Below, piece by piece: positions 42,871-57,893 of a DNA stretch of 64,000 nt; the stretch's first letter is position 1, and each line of letters opens with the position of its first letter. Origin of the DNA: the human T2T-CHM13v2.0 reference genome, Homo sapiens; the NCBI RefSeq assembly GCF_009914755.1, contig NC_060947.1; one strand, written 5' to 3'. Under the pieces are notes generated by a model. It searched no databases. It saw only the letters and a program-made list of their open reading frames with translations, and was not told the DNA's origin. Position numbers and translations under genes: made by a program.

Positions 42871-45217
42871 CATATGAATAAATGTTCAGCTGGGGAAATA
42901 AGCCAATTTTCAGTTATAGGCATGAAAGTCAAATAGGAAAAATTTTAGTAGTGCAAATGAATACATCCCTGAAAATTCAGTGACTGTTTCCTACCACAAA
43001 AACTTCCTCTGTCATATGGATTCAAAATCAATATTGAGCAGAGCCAGATATATTCCCAGAAGACTATGGGATTCAATCAGGATAGAGTCCAATTAAGTGC
43101 ATGCCCTTCAGGGCTTTTAGCAGGTTTCTGAGAAAGAGGGGTTGATTTGAGACAAATGATGATGCAAGATTTTAAGTAGTGTAAGACTAAACTTAAGATC
43201 AGTTGGCACTGATAAAGACACAAAGAGTAAATGTTTTCAATACCAAATGAAAATTATGGTAGCAATTTGAATGGTTGTATTTAATCATTTAGGAGAAATT
43301 TGCTATTAAGCTAAGGAAAGAAGACTTGGGGCTGATATGATAGGACAGTGGGGATGCAGCATAGGAAGATAGGGTCTTCAGGAATGTTAGGAGGAGTACA
43401 CTTAAGAGACAGAGAGAGTGGTTAATAAAAGGGAAATTTAAGTTGAAAGCCATGACATCATTATTTCAGCAAATAGAAAAAAAAAAAAGAGAATGTAGTC
43501 TTACTGAAGCCGAGTCCATCTTACCTACTCTGCATTACTGTTTCTTTCTATCTCTAGGCTCATGAGCTTTAGTTGCTCTATTGTAGACTCTTGTCTATAT
43601 CTCATCTCCAGTGCTGGATGGTAACTTGCCTGTAGGGAAAAAATATGTCTCATGGTTTCTCAAATTTCTCCACAACACCTAGTGTGGGACCTTACTGGAA
43701 TAGTAGCTCAATAAATGTTAATTGGCAGAATTAATTAATGAATGGTATCCTCATGAAGTAATTATTTTTCCAAATTAAATGCTAGATTTTGGGAAACCAA
43801 AGCTGGATTATATTTTTTCCTTCTAATACCAGGTAAATCAGAGGAGCAATTTATGAATAAATCATTAGAAACTTATTTCAAAAGGAATTGGCTGGTCTAA
43901 TGCTGGATATTGGGTAGGAAAATTAAATGTGTCAGTTTTAGGAGAGAGGCCAAAATCCAACGGACTTTTTATTGATCCCAGATTCATTCAATCAGACTAA
44001 ACTTAGATGTTTTTTAGTTTTGGTTAATCTGACCAGTACGTTTCCTGTGCAGGTCTACCTTTTGGGAAGATTGGCTTCATGAGAGCACAGGTTCTGTCTA
44101 TCTTGCTCACTGTCATATCTCCAGCATCCAGAACAGTCTTGCCTGGAATGTAGTAGAGGCTTAAGAAACAATCGTGGAGCGGAGGGAAAGAGAGGGACGG
44201 AGGAAGCGAATAAAGAATGAAGGGAGGGAGGGCTCTGAATTTCATACCAGTTAAACTGTCACTTATTTACTCACTCATCGGTTGTGAAGGACCCCCCTCA
44301 GACTCTGTGTTAGGCACCAAGGATACCAAAATTATGAGGTGCCACAGTGTTTGCTCTCAAAGAACTGATAGTCTAGTGAGAGAGAAAGAGAGAGCTCTAA
44401 CACAACAGAGAGAGATCTAACACAACAGTGCTGTGCAGCAGAGCAAATGTCACTGTCATAAAGGGAGTGTGCCAAAGGGAACATCTAATTTGTCCCAGGA
44501 AGGGCAGGATGCAAAACATATGGCTAACCTGAGCAGAATCTTAATAAATGCAATGATGCTTTGAAGGCTTGAGAACCGTTTAATCTCTATAGTCCTAAAA
44601 CCGACTGTGGACAGATTGAATAAAACATGGAAGACTGCAAGTCATTACATTTTAGCCATTCTCTATTCAGAGTCATTTTGATATTAGAAGTTATTTTGTG
44701 TTGACACTATTGGACTTTGGTTTCATTCAGGTAGTACAAATGCCTACAGTGAGTCCGTCATACTGCAGCTTATCACAGAATCATGGCTTTATAAGTACAG
44801 TCTTTATAAGCACAGTCTAAATAACACAAATTGAAGGTCTGATGTTTGGGCCAGACCTACACTGTACACCAGGAGTAACAGCTTTGTTAAGCATAATCAG
44901 TTAGGACCACTATTTGTTCTTTTCTGAGCAAATCCTTGTTCCTGTGACAAGGATTAATGATATGACAGCCATAAGGTAGTCTTTGTATTTTATAGCAACC
45001 TATAGCTGTAAAGGTGTGTGTTTTCCACCGAAATGGCAAGTTTTCTAAAGAGGGTAGGTTTGACAACTTGACAACAAAGGAAGAATCAGTGGTAAAAAAA
45101 GAATAAATTTTCGTTGACTAAGTTTATTTACATATAGTACAGGATTCTGTGGATATGATGCTAGACTTCTTAAGCAAGAAAATTCAGTGTCTAAGGAAAA
45201 AGGAGATCCTGCTTTGA

Positions 45218-45373
<156 letters not shown>

Positions 45374-46426
45374 TGAAGGTGTTTGCATGGGCCTGTAGGA
45401 AGGAGAAAGTCTCTAAGATACTACCAAATAAAGGCTGGAAGATTTTGTTTTTGCCATAGGTCATTACTAGTCATTTAATAAGAAATACTTTAAAATTTTC
45501 TTTAAAAACCTATACTGATACATAACACAAATCACAAGTTAATATTTGTTTTCGTAGTCTACCTGACAGAAATGTAGCTATTTTAACAATTACTTTCACT
45601 AAAGACTAATATCTTTATTCTAGATTGTAAGCTCATTGGCCTGATTTTGCTGAAACATTGTGAAAACTTTTCACACACGATTGAAAATAGTGCCTCTGCA
45701 TAGGGAAGTAGGATTCAGCCACTAACGTTTTGAAGTTTTTAATAGTAGTGTGTTTATAACAGACTATTGAATTGTAATGGCTAATGGTGAGCTCTGGGCC
45801 ATGCAAAAAAAAAAAAAGGGAAATTAGTTACTCTTCTTTTGAGTCCTTCAATGGCTTACCATTACTACTGAGCAAGATTTGCAAGGCCCTTTATGGACCA
45901 CCTGCCTCTTTCTCTAGACTCAAACTTTATCTTTACCCTCCAGGTTCTGTCCAGCATAGTCTCCCACATGCGGTGTTCTCTTTCCACCTTTGTCCATGTT
46001 CCTTTTGCCTAGAATGCCCTACTTCCCCCAACCCCTTTATCTATCTGTAATAATTATACCCAGATTTCAAGACTCTGCTCAAACATCATTAATCTGCTGA
46101 AAAATGTTCCGTGCTTTTGGAAAAAGGGTTGTTGAATCCTCTCTGGAGAAAGATTCACAAGTTTCAGGTTTTCTCCCAAAGCAAAACTGGGTAACATGCT
46201 GTCATCCTGCGTATACTTCTATTGGAGCCCTTATTACACTGTAATTAGTGGCTTACCTGCCTAACTGCCTGAGCAGGCTTTGTACACCTTCAGGATGGGA
46301 ACTTTCTCTCATTTATCTTCATGATTCTTAGACCTTCACCACAGAGCTTGCAAATAATTAGGGAACCCAAATGAATGAATGAATAGCTAATAAACAACTT
46401 CAATGAGTTTTCTCAAAGAAATTTTA

Positions 46427-46894
46427 TGTCTGTTTAAGTTTCCCCAAAATCAAACGCTGAGACAAGGATTTGGGTGTAAAAGGTTTATTTGAAAGGTAAT
46501 TTCAGAAAGTGTTGATAGAGATGTGGAGAAATGAGACAAGAAAGAGAAAGAAGCTAATTGAGTGTGTAATAATGAGCAACTGTGGACAACTGAGGCTCAG
46601 TTCCCCTAGGGAATCTTAGAGACTTTATAGAACACATCTCAGAATCGTTTCACCCAAGGGGTGAGGAAGCTGGGGTATTCATCCACCAACTCTCTGCTTT
46701 ATTGATTGGCTGCTCCTAGAGGTATTAATTCCCTAGCAATTCTGTCCTGCCCCTTTGGGCAGGGCATACTCCTGTGGCCAGAGAAAGCCTCAGGCAAAAT
46801 GATAGATGCTTGAGATATGAAGCGGGAGCAAAGATGCATCTGAATGTTGAGTGTAGATGAGGTGATGAGCCAGGGCACTGACAGTGTCTGCTAT
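46427..46894 (-). mobile_element. ERVL solo LTR (LTR33-like)
   Basis: tgtctgtttaagtttccccaaaatcaaacgctgagacaaggatttggg...ggcactgacagtgtctgctata. Confidence 0.7.
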
Positions 46895-46930
46895 AGTCCC
46901 CTAATCTATTCCATTCATTTTTCTGGTTTT

Positions 46931-47198
46931 ATTTTTTGAGACAAGGTCTTGCTCTGTCACCCAGGCTGGAGTGCAATGGTGTGATCATAGCTCACGCAAC
47001 CTCGACCTCCTGAGCTCAGTTGATCCTCCTGCCTCAGCCTTCCAAGTAGCTAGGACTACAGGTATGCTTCAGTATGCCTGGTCAAATTTTTATCTTTAAT
47101 TTTTTTTTTTTTTTTTTATAGAGACAGGGTCTTGTTATGTTGCTCAGGCTGGCCTTGAATTCCTGGCTCAAGTGATCCTACCACCTTAGCCTCCCAGT
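46931..47198 (-). mobile_element. AluJ, slightly 5'-truncated
   Basis: gagacaaggtcttgctctgtcacccaggctggagtgcaatggtgtgatcatagctcac... Flanking direct repeat ATTTTTC(T/A)GGTTTT at about 46917 and 47199. Confidence 0.88.
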
Positions 47199-47788
47199 AT
47201 TTTTCAGGTTTTCGTTACAGAAATTAACATTCTGGCTTTTTACATATATATAGCTTAAACTATATTTCTATCTAGTGCATAAATATTTTCCTGAAAAGCA
47301 AGCTTTTTTTCCCAACAATTTCGAATCCAGCAAAATAAAGATATTTTCACATTTCATGATCAGATTTTAAGAGCAATAGAAATTTTGACTGAATACAAAC
47401 TGTAAAGCTGTTTCCAGGGAGTCAAGAGTTCTGAGTATGGCAAAGTAAAAGATCCCTGAATGCAAAAAGAAAGCTTTAAAGTTATAGAGTTGAGTTTAAA
47501 GAGCAAGCCATCAGAATACATTGACCCTAGTACTGCCCACTAATCGGGATTCTACTAACTGGGAATGAGTGAAAACTCCTAGAGGGACTGGACTTTGACC
47601 TTTGTTAAGCTAACTTCTTTTCCAAAGGCAGGTTCAGGCCTTTGCTAGTTCAATACCCATTGCTAGTTCAGAATTCTCTGAGGAATTCTCAAGACTTTGC
47701 TCAGATGACACTGTCTGTATGGAACCTTCAGCATCCCCTCCACCTCTGAGGCCAAGTTAAGCTCTCCTCCATTCCTTCTATTAGTCCT

Positions 47789-48211
47789 TGTAGTAGTCAT
47801 GGTTCTCTAGACAAACAGAATATGATTTCTTATATAACTAAATGATTTATTGTAAGGAATTGGCTCACATGATTATGGAGGCTGAGAAAGCCAGATCCAG
47901 GAAAGCCAATAATGTAAGTTCCAGTTTGAATCCAAATCTGAAGGCAGGAGAAGGCCAATGTCCCAGTTCAAAGACAGTCAGGCAGGACAAACTAATTATT
48001 TCTTACTCAGACTCTTTATTCTATTCAGGCCTTCAGTGAATTGGATGAGGTCCACCCACATTGGAGAGAGCAATGTGCTTAGCTCAGTGAACAGGTTCAA
48101 ATGTTATTTTTATCCAGAAACACCCTCACAGACACACCCAGAAGTGACGTTTAACCAAATATCTGGACACTCCATGGCCAAGTCAAGTTGACACACACAA
48201 TTAACCATCAT
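47789..48211 (-). mobile_element. ERVL solo LTR (MLT2-like)
   Basis: tgtagtagtcatggttctctaga...aaggaattggctcacatgattatggaggctgag...gtcaagttgacacacacaattaaccatca. Confidence 0.85.
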
Positions 48212-48644
48212 ACTCCTGGTACACATTGCTCATAGAACACTTATCATGTCATGTTCTAATTATTTCTTTACAAATCTGGCCGTTTCATTGGACTGGATGG
48301 AGAGGTCTTCAAATGTATCGACCAAATCATGTTTATCTGTATAACCAGGGTTAGACAGTGCCTAATATGCAAGTGTTAAATGTAAAGGATTAAGTAAATG
48401 AATATCAATAACTAGTGTTAACATTACAAAAGAGGGATTTAGTCTGTTTTGTGCAGTGATCTATCCTCTGTACCTAGAACAGTATCTTGTACAGAGTAGA
48501 TGCTTAATACTTGTGTGTCGAATGAATAAAAAAATAAATGTTTAGGATACCTAGACCAAATTATTTTCAAGCATTTTAGGAGCATTTTCATGAAAGCTAC
48601 TGATATTTCAATTACAAAGTTTTAAAAGATCTCTTCTCTAAAAC

Positions 48645-48872
48645 AGAGTTTGGTCAGCAAATTTTTTCTGTAAAGGGCTAGAGACAGTAAATATTTTCAG
48701 CTTTCTGGGCCGTATGGCCTCTGTCACAAATACAACACTGCTGTTGTAGCCAGAAAGCAGCAATAGAAAATATGCAAATGAATGAGCATGGCTATTCTTT
48801 AATAAAACTTTATTTAGAAAAACTGGCAGTGAGCCATATTTGGCCTGCAGGCTATAGTTTGCTAGAAGCCTA
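48645..48872. mobile_element. MER58A-like element (hAT-Charlie)
   Basis: ggtcagcaaattttttctgtaaagggc...aataaaactttatttagaaaaactggcagtgagccatatttggcctgcaggctatagtttgc. Confidence 0.8.
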
Positions 48873-48972
48873 GTTCTTAGGCAACTTAGTTATCACATTG
48901 CTATATGAGCTTTCAAGTAATATTGGCTTTATTGTTTTATATCCTGTTGATCTTTTCACTAAATCAAACTAG

Positions 48973-49236
<264 letters not shown>

Positions 49237-49445
49237 TAAAAATATTGCCTTTCATCTAGGTTAGCCACAGGGTGGTTCCTTTTCTGAGAAGTGAGGATAG
49301 CTAATCTTATGTCATTACTATGTGAGATAAAAGGGTCAAGATGAGATTTTTCAAAGCCAAATGTCCTGATCAGTAAACAACTTCTGAAAATGGTCCTCTA
49401 CATTTTAAAATATATGATCTATATCTATTTGTTTATAAAGTTAAA

Positions 49446-49908
49446 CTAACATTGTCCAATAGAAGTATAATATGAGCCACATATGTAATTTTCATTTTTA
49501 GTAACCTCATTAAAAAAGTAAAATCAGGCAAATTAATTTTAATAATATATATTATAGTTCCCAGTGTACCCCCAATATTACCATCTCCATGTATATCTGA
49601 TTTGAAAATTGAGATATTTCACATTTTAAAAAGTATTCAGTCCTTGAAATCCAGCATATACTTTATACTTATGTCAAATGTCAATTTAGACTAGCCACAT
49701 TTCAAGTGCTCAGTATCTACATTGGATAGTGCAGATCTGGAGCCTGGCAATTCAAAATGTGGCCCCTGGAACCAGTAGCATGAGCAACTGAGAGCTTGAT
49801 AAAAATCCAGAATCTCAGGCCCCACCCTAGACCCACTGAATCAAAATCTACATTTTAACAGTATCCTTAGACAAATCGTATGCACTTTAAAGGTTGGGAT
49901 GCACTGTT
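49446..49908. mobile_element. MER33-like element followed by MER5A
   Basis: ttgtccaatagaagtataatatgagccacatatgtaatttt...ctagccacatttcaagtgctcagta...ttggatagtgcag, then cagaatctcaggccccaccctagacccactgaatca. Confidence 0.75.
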
Positions 49909-52900
49909 CTACAACTTCTTCAAATGAGAATTTCCATCAGTACCAAACAAAATGTCTAGAAACATGAATAGTCATCCCCAGTAAACTCTGTGGAATTGAG
50001 GCTAGAAATTTAGCAAACCCTATCTTTTTCCCACTTTTAAAAAATTCCATCACACTGCTATTAAGCCTTCACAGAAGGGGTAATTTGAAAAAAAGTTAAA
50101 TTCAAATAAATAAATTAATATTGGTTAGATGGCCAGGGGAGAGATTTAAAATACCAAAATAATACAAAATTCTTAGATTCTGAGTCGATTTAATTTTCAA
50201 GGCCATGCTTCAATCCCACAAGCACAGTTTTAAAATATATTTGATTTCTCTGTAGTTTTTTTACCTGAGTTTCATTACCTTTTCCTCCCATTAATTAATG
50301 GTCTTTAATCCAACTATAATTTCATTTTGGGGGGTACAGTTTGAGTTGATGAATAATAATCCTTGAAAGTATAGTCTTGAGTTGATGAATAATGTAAGTC
50401 GCAGTGTATTGGTCATATTTTTTCTGCCTGCTACATTTACCTATGGAAGGAAGTTCAAAATGTGTGCTTGTACCAGTATCCATGCATTGTGTGTTATGTC
50501 CAGGCTAACTTCTGCCAATTATGATTTGAGCCCATTTCTTTTTAATTTGACCTTTTTTGTGGGCGGGGGGGGAACAAGTTATTTACCATGCTGGAAATGA
50601 TATTTCTTCTTGTTAGCCTCAATCCTTCCATTTCTCATTTATTTTAATTATTCTCAGTGATGGTCTCTGGATATCCTCCAAGCATACCAGCAAGGATCCT
50701 TGAATTTTGGAGACATACCAATTTAAACACAGAATATCTTAAAAGGATTCAATGTGCTAGTAATAGTCCTGAAAAAAGTGGGAAGATAATCTACTAAAAT
50801 GAATGACTGGGTCAGTTAATTGATGTGGGTGTCTTGCAGGGCAATTATTCCATCCTTTCTGTATACTAAATACCATCTGTCTTTGTAAATCATTTACCGT
50901 AACAGTGCAGCATAGGATTCATCACTTTGGAGACTATATCCTCCTTTATCATTCATGTTCAGTATCTAGAGAAGATTAAACATAAGTTTTAAAGAAAAAT
51001 CTTTCAGTCCATGTATTCACTGGACTACCAAAAATAAACCAATTCAAAAATGAATAAAAAACTAAGTGGGGCCCATTATTTTACCAACCCCTATCCCCAC
51101 CTCAAGGGTATTGGTCTTTCTTTGAAGAGATGCTCTAAAAACAGCATCAAGATTGATTATAAGTCTAATCAGTGCAGTCCAAAGACCACCAAGATTTTGC
51201 AGAGGTTGGCAACATCTCCAAAAATTCTATGCAGGAAACGAACTATAAAATAATTTTCATTTATTTAAGGAAAACATTTTTGAGAGTAGATTTATGAACA
51301 GTGCAGATGGTTTGAGGCAGCAGACTAATTCTGTGATTAAAAACCTGCCAGAAATAATTCACAACGTGGAGCTTCATTAATGATACCTTATCTGTTCCTA
51401 TAATTGTTTCCTACTGGTGCTCCTTCAACCCACCTCCACAGGTGACAAGCCTAGTTATCATTTATGCAGTGTAGAAATAGTTCTTTGAGTTAATAACTCC
51501 AGCTTCTAATTTCAGCTCCAACACTAACCAGTTTACTGACCTTAAGAAAGGGTGACTTTGTTTCTTTAGTGCCTTTGTCTCTTTATCTGTGAAATGAGCA
51601 CTTTGAGACTGAGTAGTGGAACTCAATCTTTTTATCACCACAGACCCCCTTTTATACTTTGGTCCTTTGCCATTCCTGAGGGCTGTTCCTCAAGAGCTTT
51701 GTGAACAAGACATTTTTAAATACCTTGTGTGGCATATAGCTTTTTTCTCAATAAGTGCAGTAAAGTATTACAGGAAGATTAATGTGACCCCTTCATAACC
51801 TTGACAATTCTGAAATACAGGACCAAAGTCATTTACAAAATCATTAAAACAAATGCTGTGGCTAAAAGAAACTCTCAACCGCATTAGGTTACATCATTGC
51901 TGTGGTAACACTGACAATGCATTTCCTTGACTCTGCATGAAGTACAGGAGTGGGTATTTTTTTAAAAAAACTCATTTCATAAAAGCTCTTGGGTAGGTGA
52001 CTTTGAATAAAGAACAACAAGGCTTTTGCAGTGCAGATATCGTTGGTCATTAAGCTCTGTAGTGCGCACTGTACAATGCATGCCTCAGCGGAATTACACA
52101 ACCCAGAATGGACCTCAGTGGTGATTCTCCAGTGTGTTGAAGCTATACGTGCCAAGTGTGGCTGTCACAAGGTCCTATTAGATCCCATATTTTCAAAAGT
52201 TTAGTCTCTCAAAACATATTTATTAAGTAATAATTCTTTTTCCCAGTTGCATTTGGCAAAGTCATACATCATTACTGACTCAGGCTTCTTATCAATGCAC
52301 AATAATTAGTGTTCCTATGATGAAATGATGTGGCTCCTGGTTCCTATCAAAAGCAAAGAAACCCACCATTCCTTTTTTTTTTTTTTTAATTAAGCAGCCT
52401 TATTGTGGCTTCCATTATGCTGGGTTAGGAGCCAACAGGTTTACTAAATTTTGGTTTAGAAGTTTTGCGAGGTCACTTCCATGTAACATTCTGTGATCCA
52501 GGATGCAGGAAGAGGCTCTTTCACCCTGGCCAGAACCACAGGATCAATACCTTTTAAGCGTTCTGGGGCTCATGGCCTGGTACAGCAATTAGACCATCTC
52601 ACCCTTCTTCCTTCTACATCTCTCATCTATACCCCAGTATCAGCCTGTGCTGGGTTGAGAAATGGGGCACTTTATGGTCAACAGACATGTATGAGGTTCT
52701 TGGCATTTGCCAGACACCATGCCACACACTAGTGGAACAAAAGTGAACAACATACAGTTTCTGCTCTTGAGTAGTTTGCACTGTATTAGGGGAGGCAGCC
52801 ATGGAAATAGGTAATTTTAACTGGGTTCTGTGTAAGTGCTAAAGTTTGTATAGGATCAATGAAATCTCAGAGGGGTTCCTCATGCTGCCTTCAGGTCCAG

Positions 52901-54104
52901 GGAAGGCTTCCTGGAGGTTGTGATGCCTAAGGTAAGTTAGCCAGATCAAGAAAGGTACAAAGCTTGTTCCAAGCAAAGTGAACCACATTGGTAGTAAGAA
53001 GCATGGAAGCACTGTAGGTGGTTTGGTTCTACTGAAGTGAAAAGTTTCAAGAAGGGAATGGAGGAAAAGAGGTGGGAAAATAGAAAAGGAGCTCAGTCAC
53101 AAGGGGCTTTCTGTGTCATGCTAAGGCATCTGGGTAATAGGGAGTCATTTAGTAGTTTAAGCAGGGGAATGTCATGGTCAGATTACGGTCCTAGAAAGGT
53201 CATTCACTCTGCCACAGAATGAATTTAAGGCATGGCAGACCTGGGGACAGGAGGCTAAAGCAATCATCTAAGAAGGACACCTAGAGCCTGAGAGAGGCCA
53301 GCAAGAGCAGGGTCTTCCCACCCACCTTCCTTTGATTGGCTGTAATACCCTCCTTCTTCACCAAGCTCTTTCCTCAGGTTCTAGAATTAGAGCTTGGTAT
53401 CAAGAGGAACCTGTAAGGGAGCAGGGAAGCAGAACAGGCCAAAGAGGAGCATGTCTTACCTGGAGACTAGCTTCACCCTGAGTCTGAGGAGAAGCTAAGA
53501 AACACAGTTTACATCAAGAAGCTGGGTCTCTCTTGAGGCAAGGAAGTCAATATTTTGTATCCCTGTGTCATCCCTGTGAGGGGTGGCTGCATAGCATAGC
53601 CTCTCATTTGTCTGAGGGCAAATCTCTCAAGAAGATGCAGCAGTGAGCTTTGTTAGTTGCCAACTTTCACAGGAACTGGGAAATGAGGCACTTGCTGGCA
53701 AGGTAAAGCTGATCCATGCAGGTCATCAACAGCATCCAGTACACCTTGCTAATTCCTTATCAACCCCCAATAATCAGGTTAGATGGTGTCACCCCTCTAG
53801 TAGTCATCTCCTTCTACCAAGTGTGTGCTAGGGGCCCTCCTGTGTGCTTCCATGAGACTTCTATTTCCCCTCACATAGTCTAATTAATACTTCCAGTTAA
53901 GCTGAAAAACACCATGAAGATAGATGCTTTTTAAAAGCTTAACACCTGCTACTGTGCCTGGCATATAGCAGATGCCCAATTAATATAGAAACACTTACCA
54001 AGTTCTGTGAAATGTCTCTTTCATTGACTTTCTATTTTTTTAGAGAAGCTTTTTTTGTTTCTTTTTTTTATTGAGGTGAAATTTACATAATATACAATTA
54101 ACCA

Positions 54105-54587
54105 CTTTATTATTTTTTATTTTCTCCACTTTTACTTTGATTCAGAGGGTACATGTGCTGGTTTGTTACATGGGTAAATTGCATGTCACTGGGGTTTGGC
54201 GTACAAAGGATTTTGTCATGCAGGTAGTGAGCATAGTACCGAATAGGTAGTTTTTCAACCCTTACCCTCTTCCTACCCTCCCTCCTCAAGTAGGCCCTGG
54301 TGTCTATTGTTCCTATCTTTGTGTCCATGTGTTCTCATCATTTAGCTCCCACTTATAAGTGAGAACATGTGGTGCTTGGTTTTCTGTTCCTGCATTCATT
54401 TCCTAAGGATAATGGCCTCCAGCACCATCCATGTTCCTGGACATAATCTCTTTTTTTATGGCTGCATAGTATTCCATGGTGTGTATGTACCACATTTTAT
54501 TTATCCATTCCACCACTGATGGGCATCTAGGTTGACTCCATGTGTTTGCTACTGTGAATAGTGCTGTGATGAACATACACGTCATTG
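54105..54587 (-). mobile_element. 5'-truncated L1PA15/16-like element
   Basis: gattcagagggtacatgtgctggtttgttacatgggtaaattgcatgtc...tttagctcccacttataagtgagaac. Confidence 0.85.
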
Positions 54588-55221
54588 GCTTCATTTTTGT
54601 CTTTCTGCTAACATAACCAGCTCACAGCTACCCTGTTACCCTTCTTTAGGTCTCTCCTGATACCACTAAAATTGGGACATTTTGTCCATAATAATCACAT
54701 TGTCATATAAAAAATAAAAGCCAACCAATCCAAAGCAAAAACACTTCCATTGATTCCCTGATGACCACAGAGTACAGTCCAAGCTATCTAATTAGATTTG
54801 TAAAACCATCCATAATCAGAACCCAGTCTAGCCTTCTTCCCCACTGGTCTGTTGGTTAGAACATTGCCCCACTAGCCTTCATGTGGCTTCTTCCTGCCTC
54901 CATGTCTTTGCCCTTGCTAATCTTAGTGCTAGATAGAATGCCCTCCCTGCTTCATCTTGGGCCTGGAATTCTCTATGTATCCTTCAAAGTTCTGAAAAAG
55001 TGCTCCTTCCATTTAAGGCCTCATCTAACTATCTCCGTAGGGAACTTCCACCTTTCTGATTCTGCTAGTATTATTGAGAGAACCATTTATTTTATGTTCC
55101 AGCAGCATCATGAAATATATATCCTATTATGTATCAGTCATATGCATATATTTTTATCTCCCTTTTTAGAGAGTGCCTTCCTGAAGGGTAGGAGTCATGT
55201 TTAGCATTTATTCAATATCAC

Positions 55222-55405
55222 CCAGGGCTGGAACTGACTATATAATTTGGGAGGCCCATAGCAAAATGAAAATGCAAGTTATTTTTAGAAAAATTATTAA
55301 GAATTTCAAGGTGGTAATAGCAGAGCATTAAACTCAACATGGAACCCTTTTAAGGAGTATGGGCTGTAGGCCTGCACAGGTGGCATGCCCATGATTCCAG
55401 CCTTG
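55222..55405 (-). mobile_element. MER45A-like element (hAT-Tip100)
   Basis: cagggctggaactgactatataatttgggaggccc...attattaagaatttcaaggtggtaatagcagagcattaaac...gcccatgattccagccttg. Confidence 0.7.
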
Positions 55406-56798
55406 TCTAGGGCTGTGCGTACAGTACATAATCAATGACTACTCTCAAATGAATGGATGCAATGAATGAATGAATGTATGAATAAATAAGTTCAGTTCTT
55501 TTAATATCATCATTTAGTTTGTGCAAGGTACTTTGTTCCTAAAACTGAGGTAGGAGAATGCTGTAGGTAAACATTGTCAGTAGTTGACTGGAAAGCATTG
55601 ACTGAACAAAGAGCTTGTTGCTTTGTAAGTATTAACCACAGGCTATATTAAAGGATACACTTAAAAAGGGTATGAAATCATGACTCTCATACAAATATAA
55701 AAAGAATATGTATGAACCATTTTACTGAGCTCATTATTTAATGAGGGAACCAGAAAGATGTTACAACTGTTTCAAAGGGAAATCCAAAGAGTAGACATAT
55801 TTATATAGGCCATTAGGAATGCTGAAATAAATTTGCTTAATAGATGCAAAACTGGCTTCTTCCACAGAGGCAGAGGGAAGTCAACCTCTACCAGACAGAG
55901 TGTGAGTTTCTAGGGACAGAAAATATTTACATTACTATCAGTTTTCTACAAGACAATTTCTATCTCTACAGAGTTGTAAAATAGCCTAGTCAAAGCAATG
56001 AAAGGCAATGATAACCCTGATTGATGAGGTAGTCAAGATACCAGCTATATTTCAGTCTTTCACACTTTTTATATAGGAGAAAGGTAGGCTATGCAGGAGA
56101 GAATGTGATCTTGTGATACCAACCTCCTCACTGAATATGAACACCCAGAACTTGGGGAAAATCATTTCTATTAATAGCTGTTGCTTCTCTTGTTTCTCTT
56201 GTAACTGATACTACTTTTGTTGAAGAGCTTTGAAGGAACAGTTCTTTCCTTGGAACAATCAGGGTGGGAAGGACTCACTTCACAGCTAAAGTAGAAGTCT
56301 TGGCAAGATCCTTCTGGAGCATTGTTTTTCTTGGAAAAACTCCCAGTTTTGCTTTTAAGAAAATGTGTATAGTTATAAGTACTTAAACATTACAAATTTT
56401 AAACTACAAATTCATTACAATACAAATATTTAGCCATTTCAAATAACCAAATATACATAATGCTTACTAGAGTATGCGTCATTAAATATTAACCCATTTG
56501 TAAATTAAATTTTAGATTTTATCAATCTATGTACGTCAATAAAAATGTTGCTCTTTCTCCCGGGGCCAACCCCACAATACAATTAAAACAAATTAAAATC
56601 TCACTGGGAAAATAAGATTCTCTTATAGAACATTCTAGCACCTTCCTACTCAAAGTGTGGTCTTTAGAAGGATGCTTGTTAGAAATGCAGTATCTCAGGG
56701 CCCACATCAGAACTACAATATTAGAATCTGTGTTTTACCAGTACTCAGGTGATTCATGAGCTTTTTATTGTTCTGGAAGTTCTGCTCCAAAGTATTAA

Positions 56799-57086
<288 letters not shown>

Positions 57087-57247
57087 TAATCTAATTATTT
57101 TTCTGAATTACTAATATAGTCACATGGTTTGAAAAGCATAAAAATAAATACATCAACTGTGCCTTGTAGCCATGCAGTTGACTTCCCTAGAGACAGTTTC
57201 TTGGTTATCTTCCCAAAGATATTCTATATACATAGTGTATAAGTAAA

Positions 57248-57652
57248 TGTCTTAATCCATTTGAGTTGCTATAAAGGAATACTTGAGGGTGGGTAATTTA
57301 TCAAGAAAAAGTTTCCTCTGGCTCATGATTCTGCAGGCTCTACAAGAAGCATCACTAGCATCTGCTTTTGGTGAAAGCTTCAGGAAGCTTCTACTCATGG
57401 CAGAAGGGGAAGGAAAACAGACATCACATGGGGAGAGAAGAAGGGAGAGAGGAGGAAAGTGCCAGGCTCTTTTTAACAGTCATCTCTTGGGAGCAAATAG
57501 AGTGAGAGCTCACTAATTACCAGAGGATGGCATCAATCTGTTCATGAGCAATCTGCCTCTATGATCCAACCATCTCCCACTAGGTCCCACCTCCAATACT
57601 GGGGATCAAATTTCAACATGAGATTTGAAGGGTCAAATTTCTAAACTATAAT
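57248..57652 (-). mobile_element. MaLR solo LTR (MSTB-like)
   Basis: tgtcttaatccatttgagttgctataaaggaatac...ggggatcaaatttcaacatgagattt. Confidence 0.85.
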
Positions 57653-57814
57653 ACATATATATGTGTGTGTGTGTGTGTCTTAGGGGGATATTTAGGTTAT
57701 TTCTAATATTGTGTACTACAAATAATGCTATGATGACTAATCTTGTGCATATATAATTTTGCACATGTATAGGTATATCTGAAAGATAAATTTCTAGAAA
57801 TGAAATTGCTGGAC

Positions 57815-57893
57815 TATATATATATATATATATCCTAGTTATATATATAAATATATATATCCTAGTTATATACATAAATATATATATATTTAT
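57815..57893. repeat. AT-rich tandem repeat with a 28-bp period
   Basis: tatatatatcctagttatatatataaa / tatatatatcctagttatatacataaa / tatatata. Confidence 0.8.

Noticed and set aside
55630-56075. Possible additional ERV1-type LTR
   Set aside because: It resembles LTR sequence, but I could not fix termini, a TSD or a family.
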